Shown: positions 55,948-64,000 of the stretch, piece after piece
How the letters are laid out: each line of letters starts with the position of its first letter
How positions within the stretch are numbered: position 1 is the stretch's first letter
Assembly: GCA_963726455.1 (NCBI GenBank)
Contig: CAVSCK010000004.1
Span: forward strand, 256,001 to 320,000
Length of the DNA: 64,000 bases
Direction: 5' to 3'
DNA from: an uncultured bacterium
GTDB taxonomy: Bacteria > Zixibacteria > MSB-5A5 > CAIYYT01
The notes under the pieces: generated by a model
The model's database searches: none
What the model was told of the DNA's origin: nothing
What the model saw: the letters and a program-made list of their open reading frames with translations, nothing else
Position numbers and translations under genes: made by a program

Positions 55948-58357
55948 GATCGTTATCTACGCCCGGGATTCGCAAATTCACGAATTCCTGGAACCGTATA
56001 TCAGCGCTTCCGAGCAGCAGGGCAAACTACGTTTTCTGTCGGAACAATCCATTACCGAAGACTCTGTGGGACGGCACCTGGCGTCCGGCAAGGTGGTTTG
56101 GTTTGACGGGTTCAACCAGGAATTGGTTGATCTGACCGACCGACGCCGAGTTGATGATGGTTTGGTAATTTGCCGCATACGCGGTACTGAGTTTCTTGAC
56201 ACCGCCGTTGAGGACTGTCGCTGGGAATTCTTTGATCGGATTGTTGTTGCCAATAAGTTGACCGCAGAGATTTTGCGAGATCGCTTCGACAGAATTGACT
56301 CGCATTGCCGGATTGACATTCTGCCACCGGCAGTCATACTGCCTGATATCGAAGTCCGCAACAAGCCAAAGACCAAGCGCATTGCTTACCTCGGCCCGAT
56401 CTCGTCTACTCAGAATGCTCAACTGTTGCTGCAGTGCCTGTCGGCTGCTCGTCATCAACATGGTGACTGGAGCATGCATATCATCGGCGAATTCGACACG
56501 ATGTCATTGCGCATTTATTTCGAACAAATGATTTCAGCCATGAATCTCGCCGGCCGCATCGAGTTCAACCCCTCAGACACCAACCTGACCGACTGGTTCT
56601 CAGACAAGAGCTACTTTCTCGCTCCATTCGCATATTCCGGTTATGAAACCCGGGTTTACGAAGCGATGGCTCACGGCCTGAAGCCGGTCGTGCACAACTT
56701 TGTTGGCGCGGCACAGATGTTCGAGGCGAAGTATCTGTTTAACTCCGTCCGGGAATTCTGTACGCTGGTGGTAGGAAACGGACTTCGGCCGCAGGAGTAT
56801 CGCAAATTCGTCGGCGAAAACTACGATGTCAAGACGCTTTTGCCGACATTCCAGGAAACCGTGGCCAAACCGCGCTTTACCGGCGAACTGCCGAAAGTGA
56901 GCGTCCTGGTTCCGACCTACAATCGCGCCGAGCTGCTTGAGCGGTTGCTCAGCCGGCTGAACCGGCAAACGTACGCTAATCGGGAAATCGTCGTTGTCGA
57001 TGATTGTTCGTCGGATAACACGAGTGACGTAGTCCAACGCTTGATGCCATCGCGCCCTGACATCATCTATTACCGCAATGAAGTCAATCAGGGTAATGCG
57101 GCAACTACGGGAATCGCGGCTCAGAAGGCGACCGGCGATTACCTGATCAATTGCAGTGATGATGATTTGCTCGACGACGACGCGTTACTCAAGTTTGTCC
57201 ACCACGCTCGGCGGAAAAATGCCGACGTGGTCTATTCCGACCTCATGGTTGTGGACGGCGCCGGTAATCCTACCAGCTTGTGGGAATATCGCGACTATTA
57301 CAGCAACTATGAGCTCTTGCGAGCCCTTATCGACAAGGGCGGCAATCTGATTCCCGAAGTGTTCATGGTGAAACGCGAATTGTTCGAGAAGCTATATAAT
57401 GAGACCTATGCCAGGCGTTTTCTGAATACCTACTACCTGCCGACATTACGCAGCATAACTATGTCGCATCTGCCACAGCCGTTATACCATTACACCGTCC
57501 ATCAGGGAAGTACCTTCAGTTCTGCTGTGGGGCTTTTCGACCGCTGCAAATCGACTCAGAATTTCATCAACGCGGCGATGTTTATGTATTCTCCGGTCGC
57601 AGTCTTTGGCGATGCTGAAGACGGCGCGCCTGCAGAACAAGTGGCACGTGCTTATTCCAAAGTGGCGCTTACACTGGTCGAACATGGCAAAAGCTACTTT
57701 TCGGGCAAGATCTATACCGGCGCTCAGTATGATCACGAGGACAATCTCTTCGCGCCTTATTTTCACACGGCCTACCATTGGCTGGAGATGGCGCGGCGAT
57801 ATGGCCTTGAGTCTTCCGAATACGAACGGCTGCTGCATGTCATAGTGGCAATCATGAATCCGCGCGAATTTGACCCCGTCAAAAATGCCAACATGCCGGC
57901 GGTCTACAGCCGACTGCCTTGGTTTGCCAATATGCCTTTTAATAACCTCTCGCAATTTGTCGCCCTTGATATCGTAACCATTGGCGACTCTGCTGCACTT
58001 GGGGAGGATTCCTACTCCATCTATAATGAAGGCAAAGCGCATATCAGCGTCTGCAATTATCCCTTGAGTGATACCTCGCACCTGGACAGGATAATGTCGT
58101 CCAACGTTATCACTGTCATCAATCTCTTCGACCGCATGGCCATCGAGCCGATGTTGCGCTATCTGGCTGAACGCCAGTTGTACAGCGTCTACGTCATGAA
58201 TTTCACGAATTTCGCGATCCCGCCAATGGAGATGCTCCGGAACGTAAACAATGTGAACCGGTGTGCAGTTGATACGTTCGAACAATACCTTGAGTTACTT
58301 ACCAAAATTACAACCACCGAGCATTATGCGCATCCCCATCTGCAAACCGTTTCTTGA
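55931..58357 (+). CDS. GT-B-like + GT2 bifunctional glycosyltransferase with unknown C-terminal domain
   Basis: N-terminal part parallels the GT domain of 48597 (YEAMAHGLKPVVHNF); VSVLVPTYNR, VVDDCSSD, SDDD. Confidence 0.82.
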   Translation: MQQQPEIVIYARDSQIHEFLEPYISASEQQGKLRFLSEQSITEDSVGRHLASGKVVWFDGFNQELVDLTDRRRVDDGLVICRIRGTEFLDTAVEDCRWEFFDRIVVANKLTAEILRDRFDRIDSHCRIDILPPAVILPDIEVRNKPKTKRIAYLGPISSTQNAQLLLQCLSAARHQHGDWSMHIIGEFDTMSLRIYFEQMISAMNLAGRIEFNPSDTNLTDWFSDKSYFLAPFAYSGYETRVYEAMAHGLKPVVHNFVGAAQMFEAKYLFNSVREFCTLVVGNGLRPQEYRKFVGENYDVKTLLPTFQETVAKPRFTGELPKVSVLVPTYNRAELLERLLSRLNRQTYANREIVVVDDCSSDNTSDVVQRLMPSRPDIIYYRNEVNQGNAATTGIAAQKATGDYLINCSDDDLLDDDALLKFVHHARRKNADVVYSDLMVVDGAGNPTSLWEYRDYYSNYELLRALIDKGGNLIPEVFMVKRELFEKLYNETYARRFLNTYYLPTLRSITMSHLPQPLYHYTVHQGSTFSSAVGLFDRCKSTQNFINAAMFMYSPVAVFGDAEDGAPAEQVARAYSKVALTLVEHGKSYFSGKIYTGAQYDHEDNLFAPYFHTAYHWLEMARRYGLESSEYERLLHVIVAIMNPREFDPVKNANMPAVYSRLPWFANMPFNNLSQFVALDIVTIGDSAALGEDSYSIYNEGKAHISVCNYPLSDTSHLDRIMSSNVITVINLFDRMAIEPMLRYLAERQLYSVYVMNFTNFAIPPMEMLRNVNNVNRCAVDTFEQYLELLTKITTTEHYAHPHLQTVS

Positions 58358-59555
58358 CGAGACGGAAGTCGAGGCCGTCGCCGGCGTAGTCCGTTCGGGC
58401 TGGCTGATGCAGGGGCCGCAAGTGCAACGGTTCGAGGAAGCGTTCCGGAACTACGTCGGGTCAAATTACGCTGTCGCCGTGTCTTCTTGTTCCACAGCGC
58501 TCCATCTTGCAATGCGTTTGTGTGATATTCGTCCCGGCGATGAAGTGATCGTCCCTTCGTTCACCTGGATTGCCACTGCCGCCGCGATAGAAGCGTGTGG
58601 CGCTCACCCGGTCTTCTGCGACATCAGACCCGAAACGTATAACATTGATCCCGACCTGATCGAATCGCTCATTACTCCGCGCACGCGCGCCGTCGTAGCG
58701 GTCAACCTGTTTGGCCTGGCTGCCGAACTGCCGCGTATCGCACAGATCGCTCACAAACTTGGCATCTACCTGATCGAGGACTCCGCGTGTTCGTTAGGCG
58801 CAACTATCGGTGATCGACCTTCCGGAACCTTCGGGCGGATCGGCTGCTTCTCATTCCATCCGCGCAAATCAATCACGACAGGTGAGGGGGGAATGCTGGT
58901 CGGCGCCTGCGGGCAAGATGGCGATCGTCTGCGTTCGCTGCGATCGCACGGCTATTCCATTCAGTCCACTGTGCCTTCGCAAGAAAATCGCCCGTACGAT
59001 CTCGGAGACTTCGATGAACTCGGCTACAACTACCGAATGACAGATATTCAGGCGGCGATTGGAGTGGCACAGATGAGCAAGCTGGACTATATCATAAGCA
59101 GGCGCCGCGCAATCGCCGATTTGTATTCAAGCGCTTTTTCCGGCCTGGATAACGTAGCCCTTACAATCGAACCGGCCGGCTACAAACACACATACCAATC
59201 ATATGTAGTCAGAATCATTCCGGATCGTATTACCGGAAATGAACATTCCGAACAGTCGCGTCGGAACCAAGTCATGCTGCAATTACAGAAGGACGGTATT
59301 GCCACGCGGTCCGGCACTCACGCCGTGCACGCGCTCAGTTATTACAGATCCAAGTACGGTCTGACGAATGAGTCTTGTCCGAATGCGTTTCGAGCGATGC
59401 TTGACACAATTGCTTTGCCTCTCTATCCAAGCATGTCGGATTCCGAAGTCACCTATGTGGTAGAGAAGTTCAAATCGGCGCTAGCACCAACACACAGGGG
59501 AAGATTGTTGGAACATTCCGCAGTGGCCAGCCAAGAGCGACCTTGCTTGAGGTAA
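58326..59555 (+). CDS. DegT/DnrJ/EryC1/StrS PLP-dependent sugar aminotransferase
   Basis: AVSSCSTALH, IEDSAC, FSFHPRKSITTGEGG, GYNYRMTD. Confidence 0.93.
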   Translation: MRIPICKPFLDETEVEAVAGVVRSGWLMQGPQVQRFEEAFRNYVGSNYAVAVSSCSTALHLAMRLCDIRPGDEVIVPSFTWIATAAAIEACGAHPVFCDIRPETYNIDPDLIESLITPRTRAVVAVNLFGLAAELPRIAQIAHKLGIYLIEDSACSLGATIGDRPSGTFGRIGCFSFHPRKSITTGEGGMLVGACGQDGDRLRSLRSHGYSIQSTVPSQENRPYDLGDFDELGYNYRMTDIQAAIGVAQMSKLDYIISRRRAIADLYSSAFSGLDNVALTIEPAGYKHTYQSYVVRIIPDRITGNEHSEQSRRNQVMLQLQKDGIATRSGTHAVHALSYYRSKYGLTNESCPNAFRAMLDTIALPLYPSMSDSEVTYVVEKFKSALAPTHRGRLLEHSAVASQERPCLR

Positions 59556-59723
59556 ATTCGATCACTTTCCTCACACGCAAATGGGGACCCTTCAAACCCT
59601 CGGTGGATTATGGACTTATGCGACACCGTCGTTTCGCAGGCGCCTGCTTCAAAACAGCACGCTGGTCTAAAGTCGGCGGCAATCTTGACGAAAAGTTAAT
59701 AGAGAGAACCTTGGATTTGTCGG

Positions 59724-59751
59724 TAAAGCATTAAGCAATTGTTACCGATAA
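59724..59751 (+). promoter_or_regulatory. Sigma28 (FliA) promoter of flagellin
   Basis: TAAA-N16-ACCGATAA about 230 nt upstream of fliC. Confidence 0.7.
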
Positions 59752-59941
59752 AGTTAAAGAATATTAGGAGGGTGCAAATACAACCTGAAATCACGAAGAG
59801 AGAAGGAGGACTTTACTAATTATATGTGCTACTCACTGATCGGGGTAGTTCAGTGTAACCTACGCGGTCAGGGGGTCGAAGTTGCTCAGACCCCGGCAGA
59901 CATTGGACGTGGCTAAACTGTGCGAGCAGTAGAAGGACAAA

Positions 59942-59977
59942 GTCGGTAAGGAATCCGACAGGGACATTCAAGGAGGA
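59942..59977 (+). promoter_or_regulatory. Putative CsrA binding sites in the flagellin leader
   Basis: Hairpin GTCGG-TAAGGAAT-CCGAC with GGA in the loop, then CAGGGA and an AAGGAGGA overlapping the SD. Confidence 0.6.
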
Positions 59978-59983
59978 TTTGCA

Positions 59984-62165
59984 ATGTCACTAATGATCAA
60001 CCACAACATTGCTGCCATTGACGCCCAGCGTAACCTGGCCCAGACACAACGCTCTATCAGCCAAGTGATGGAGAAACTGTCTTCCGGTTTCAGGATTAAC
60101 AGAGCGTCGGACGATCCGGCCGGTCTGGTGATTTCGGAGCAGTTCCGTGCGCAGATCGCGGGTCTTAATCGTGCGATTTCCAACTCGGAAGGATCGATCA
60201 ATATGATCCAGACCGCAGAAGGATCGCTGAACGAAATCAACAGCTTGCTGGTTTCCATGAGAGAACTGGCCATCCATGCCGCCAACGAAGGCTTCAATGA
60301 TGCCAACCAGCTCGCTGCTGACCAGGCAGAAATTGAAAACGCCATCAAGACGATCGACCGTATTGCTGCCAACACTCAGTTCGGTACCAAGAGGCTGCTC
60401 GACGGCACCAAGGACAACATCGCGACCATCACGACCGCGAATACGTCCGGCCTGACGATTCTCAAGAGTTTCCTGAATTCCGGTACGCATTCGGTTACGG
60501 CTACCAAGACAGCCGATTCCACTGCGACTCTGAATACGACCTCGTTGGGTATCTCGCTTACCAGCACCGGTTCACCGGCTGACCTCGAAGAGAAGATCCA
60601 TAACATCGACGTGTTGCAGGCCTCCAAAGGCGCCGAGAAGATTTCCAGCGCCGTGGCCATCACTGACGCGTTCGGTAATGGTTTGACCATGGGCGCTACC
60701 GCTGCCAATGCGACGATATACACCTCGAATACGTTGAGCGCTGCGACCGTTGGGACCAATGCTGGTACCTACAGTCTGGTGCTCAACTATCAGGAAAACA
60801 ACGAAGCCGTTACCGGTGATCAGACTCTGTCAATCGCCATCGCTTCGGGTGACTCACTGGCGAACATCGTAACCAAGTGGAATACCGCCATTGCCAACAA
60901 TGCGTCATTGGCCGGTAAGATCACTGCGGCTACGCTTACCGCCGGCGCCTCTGGCAACCGCTTGCTCTTCAAGTCGGTTAACCAGGGTGCACAGTACAGT
61001 TTGAAGCTGACGTCGGCCTCTACAACGGCGACCAGTGACAAGCTGACCTGGGGTTCTACTCGTTCGAATCGTGGAACCAGCTTGAACGTTCTGAACTTTA
61101 CGGCCACTACCGTGAAGAACGCCGGAACCTCGTCTGCCGTGACTGTCGGCGCCGGCGACATACACTTCTATGACCACGTTGGCCACCGCTATCCAGAGCG
61201 GCCTGCAATACCGCCTTTGGAACCGTTTCCGGCACGACCAACAACGTCGATGTCGAAGTGTACGACAGCAACAAGCTGCGCTTCTTCACTTACGATGAAG
61301 GTTCCGACTATAAGATTCAGCACAATTCGACGGGTTCGGAGTCTGAGCGCGCCTTTAACGTTCTCGGCCTCACGGCTGACACACTCGCGATCTCCGGAAC
61401 TGATGCGATCGTCTCCTTTGACGGTTATTCAACTTCGGTGACGTCAGTGAAATACGCGTCGACCTCCAGTCTGGACGCTGTACAACAAGGCCTCCGGTGC
61501 TGCTGGTCGTGGTAGCGTTAATCTCGACTATCGGCCAGGCCTCCAACGGTATCAACGTTGGCAACCTGTTGCTCGACGTGAAAGCCGCCAAGTACGACGT
61601 GCGTCTTGATGCCGGTCCGGCCACGCAAGTGACCGCCGGTAAAGACGCCACGGTGTACAATTCCGACCGTACCCAGTCGCTCAAAGTTCGCTATGCGTTG
61701 ACCTCTCAGGGCGGTTCTGAGAGCATCACGAACACCGATCAATCGTTGGTCTTCCAGATCGGCGGTAACGTCGGCCAGACGGCCTCGATCGGTCTGCGTA
61801 ACATGGCGACCTCATCGCTTGGCAAGAATCTTGCCGGCAATAGCTTCGGCAGCTTGGCTGCCATCAACGTTTTGACGGTTGCAGGAGCCCAGGATGCTCA
61901 GGCCGTTATCGACGCCGCGATTGACGAAGTGTCGAATACCAGAGGTACTCTGGGATCGTTCCAGAAGAACACTCTGGAATCCAACCTTCGTAACCTGCGC
62001 GTTGCGTCTCAGAACCTGACGGCTTCAGAATCCGGTATTCGCGACACTGATATGGCTGCGACCATGTCCGAGTTCGTGAAGAACCAGATCCTGCTTCAGG
62101 CCGGCACGGCGATGCTTGCCCAGGGCAACCAGTTGCCTCAGGTTGTGCTGTCGCTGTTTAAGTAG
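59984..62165 (+). CDS. fliC: Flagellin (about 725 aa when repaired; four apparent +1 frameshifts at about 61157, 61206, 61474, 61526)
   Basis: N-terminal INHNIAA..LSSGFRINRASDDPAGL and C-terminal FQIG..NLTASESGIRDTDMA..QVVLSLF, spread over three ORF-track entries. Confidence 0.92.
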
Positions 62166-62181
62166 TCTTAACGATTCTCTT

Positions 62182-62209
62182 CCGCGGGAGGCGTAACAAC
62201 CTCCCGCGG
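62182..62209 (+). terminator. GC-rich stem-loop after fliC (no U-tract)
   Basis: CCGCGGGAGG-CGTAACAA-CCTCCCGCGG. Confidence 0.55.
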
Positions 62210-62232
62210 TGAGGTCATGTGAGGTGATGTTA

Positions 62233-62628
62233 ATGAGTGCGATTGAAAGAATCACGTCGGTTTCCGAGGAAGTGGTCAGACAGGCCGCGCCCCCGACTCC
62301 GGTCAAATCGCCGACACCTAACATGGACGCCAAGGTGATGCAACAGTCTCCGCCATTGACAGCTTCGTCACAGGTGTTGACTGGGGACGAAACCAAGAGG
62401 ATCGACAAGGATCTCCTACAGAAGGTCCTTGATAAACTCAGTCAGCAATTTCGGAGCCGGAATACTTCGTTGAATTTCTCGATCGACGAAACAACCAATT
62501 CTCTGGTGGTAAAGGTGGTCGACTCGGATAGCGAGAAGGTCATCAGACAAATTCCTCCGGAAGAAGTCCTGGCCATTCGCAGGCGAATCCAGGAGCTTCT
62601 CGGAGCTTTATACGACAAAGAAGCATGA
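62233..62628 (+). CDS. flaG: Flagellar protein FlaG
   Basis: LNFSIDETTNSLVVKVVD..VIRQIPPEEVL..GALYDKEA. Confidence 0.92.
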   Translation: MSAIERITSVSEEVVRQAAPPTPVKSPTPNMDAKVMQQSPPLTASSQVLTGDETKRIDKDLLQKVLDKLSQQFRSRNTSLNFSIDETTNSLVVKVVDSDSEKVIRQIPPEEVLAIRRRIQELLGALYDKEA

Positions 62629-62694
62629 TGCTGGTTGGTGGTCCGAGGGGTAATGCCCCCGGACCACTGCCTTTCTTAGGAAGAGGATACGAAC

Positions 62695-64000
62695 ATGGCT
62701 GGAATCGCGGGATCCGTTACCGGAATTAACTCGCAACTCGACACCACGGCCATCATTGACGCGATGTTGACTTACGACAAGCAGAATATCACTCTGCTGC
62801 AGTACGATCAAACCTTAAAGACCAATCAAATCGCCACTTTCCAGGCGATCAACACTCGCTTACTGGCGTTCCAAACGCAGGCGGGACTATTGGCCAAGGC
62901 CGATTCCTACACGGCCGCCAAGCTGAGCGTATCCGATGAAGACTATCTCACCGCAACTGCCGGCGACAATGTCGGCCTGGGAACCTACTCCCTCAATATC
63001 ACCGCGCTGGCTCAGAACCATCAGGTAGCATCGCAGGGGTTCAGCCAGCAGGAAATTGCCAACCTGGGTACCGGCACTATTACCATAGCCGTCGGAGATG
63101 CCTCTCCCAAGACAATCACGATTGATTCCAGCAGCAGTTCCCTGGAAGGCATCAAGAACGCAATCAACAACGCCAATGCCGGCGTCAAGGCGTCCGTCGT
63201 CAATGACGGCAGTTCCTCGAATGCTTATCGTCTGCTGATTACCGCCGACAAGACGGGAGCCAAGAATCAAATTGAATTCACATCGAATCTGTCGGGCAGC
63301 AAGACACTCGATTTCAGCGGCTCGTCATTCGATCAGGTGGAGAAGCTTTCTTTTGATGGAGCCGCCACCTCGACACCGCGCCTCGGGACGACAGCATCAT
63401 ATACCGGCACTCAGAACAAGACATATTCATTCACCGTTAAAGGAATTGGAACGCAGACAATCGGATCGGGCGACATCACCATTGATTGGACCGACGGCAC
63501 TAACAGCGGGTCGGTAGTGGTGAGTTCCGCCGACACCGAGGTTGAACTCTCTGGCGCCGGTTCAGACGGACTCAAACTGGCATTTTCCGCCGGCACTCTC
63601 GTGGCCGGCGACACTTTCCAAGTGCAAAGTTTCGCGCCGTTACTGCAAAGAGCGCAGGATGCCCGAATATCAATGGGCTCCACAAACGGCGGTGGTTCGC
63701 CTATCACGGTGACCAGCGAAAACAATTTTGTGAAGAACTTAATTCCCGGCGTCACGCTGAATCTCAAGAAGGTTACGACAACTGATCCGATAATTATCTC
63801 GGCTGATCGTGACGTCGCCAAAGTTGAACAACAAGTTGATGACTTTATACAGAAATTTAATGACGTCCTCGGCGCCTTGGACGATCAATTCAAATTCGAT
63901 CCCAATGCCAAGGAGAATACCGGCGTACTGTTCGGCGATCGCACCCTGATGATGGTGCAGGACTCGCTACGCGGTTCAGTGACGTCGAAGGTTAGCGGCC
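62695..64000 (+). CDS. fliD: Flagellar filament cap protein FliD (partial, runs off window end)
   Basis: Read manually: MAGIAGSVTGINSQLDTTAIIDAML..GTYSLNITALAQNHQVASQGF..AQDA..IPGVTLNLKK..GVLFGD; follows flaG. Confidence 0.92.
   Translation, partial: MAGIAGSVTGINSQLDTTAIIDAMLTYDKQNITLLQYDQTLKTNQIATFQAINTRLLAFQTQAGLLAKADSYTAAKLSVSDEDYLTATAGDNVGLGTYSLNITALAQNHQVASQGFSQQEIANLGTGTITIAVGDASPKTITIDSSSSSLEGIKNAINNANAGVKASVVNDGSSSNAYRLLITADKTGAKNQIEFTSNLSGSKTLDFSGSSFDQVEKLSFDGAATSTPRLGTTASYTGTQNKTYSFTVKGIGTQTIGSGDITIDWTDGTNSGSVVVSSADTEVELSGAGSDGLKLAFSAGTLVAGDTFQVQSFAPLLQRAQDARISMGSTNGGGSPITVTSENNFVKNLIPGVTLNLKKVTTTDPIIISADRDVAKVEQQVDDFIQKFNDVLGALDDQFKFDPNAKENTGVLFGDRTLMMVQDSLRGSVTSKVSG

Noticed and set aside
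59543-59734. 63-aa ORF between DegT and fliC (also 22842-23114 between the motA genes)
   Set aside because: No SD or motif, and both overlap predicted sigma28 promoter regions; likely spurious
59765-59830. Possible c-di-GMP riboswitch in the flagellin leader (GCAAA..GAAA)
   Set aside because: The required P2 stem and tetraloop receptor of the GEMM motif are not present

Overview
Bacterial chromosomal segment, probably from a Candidatus Zixibacteria-like FCB-group diderm. That assignment is inferred from a C-terminal GDANCDGxIDISDVVYLI dockerin protein and a PNPFNP-tailed secreted protein. The left third (1-20.9 kb) is housekeeping and accessory genes: purD, a GlmU-like NTP transferase, galT-glgA, an SPFH protein, a cysteine hydrolase, VIT1, an exported MTA/SAH nucleosidase, ferritin-like and Mop proteins, rlmI, acyP, apt and four tRNAs. 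The rest (21-64 kb) is a large flagellar region. It has two divergent motAB stator pairs, flgBC-orf-fliEFGHIJ, flgFGAHIJNK-csrA-orf-flgL-fliW, a 7-gene flagellin glycosylation cluster with a radical SAM/SPASM enzyme, fliC (four apparent 1-nt insertions), flaG and a partial fliD. Sigma54 and sigma28 promoters and a CsrA-type hairpin are readable in the DNA. Between fliJ and flgF, where fliK-fliA often lies, a non-flagellar block encodes an octaheme cytochrome/FeS/NrfD module, an unannotated 43-aa membrane peptide, a non-catalytic cohesin scaffold protein and an exported lipoprotein with an organomercurial-lyase (MerB)-like domain. The best leads are the MerB-like lipoprotein, the cohesin/dockerin pair, the radical-SAM flagellin modification cluster and the octaheme module. 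I saw no CRISPR array, integrase or transposase. All homology calls are from motif recognition by eye, with no database search.
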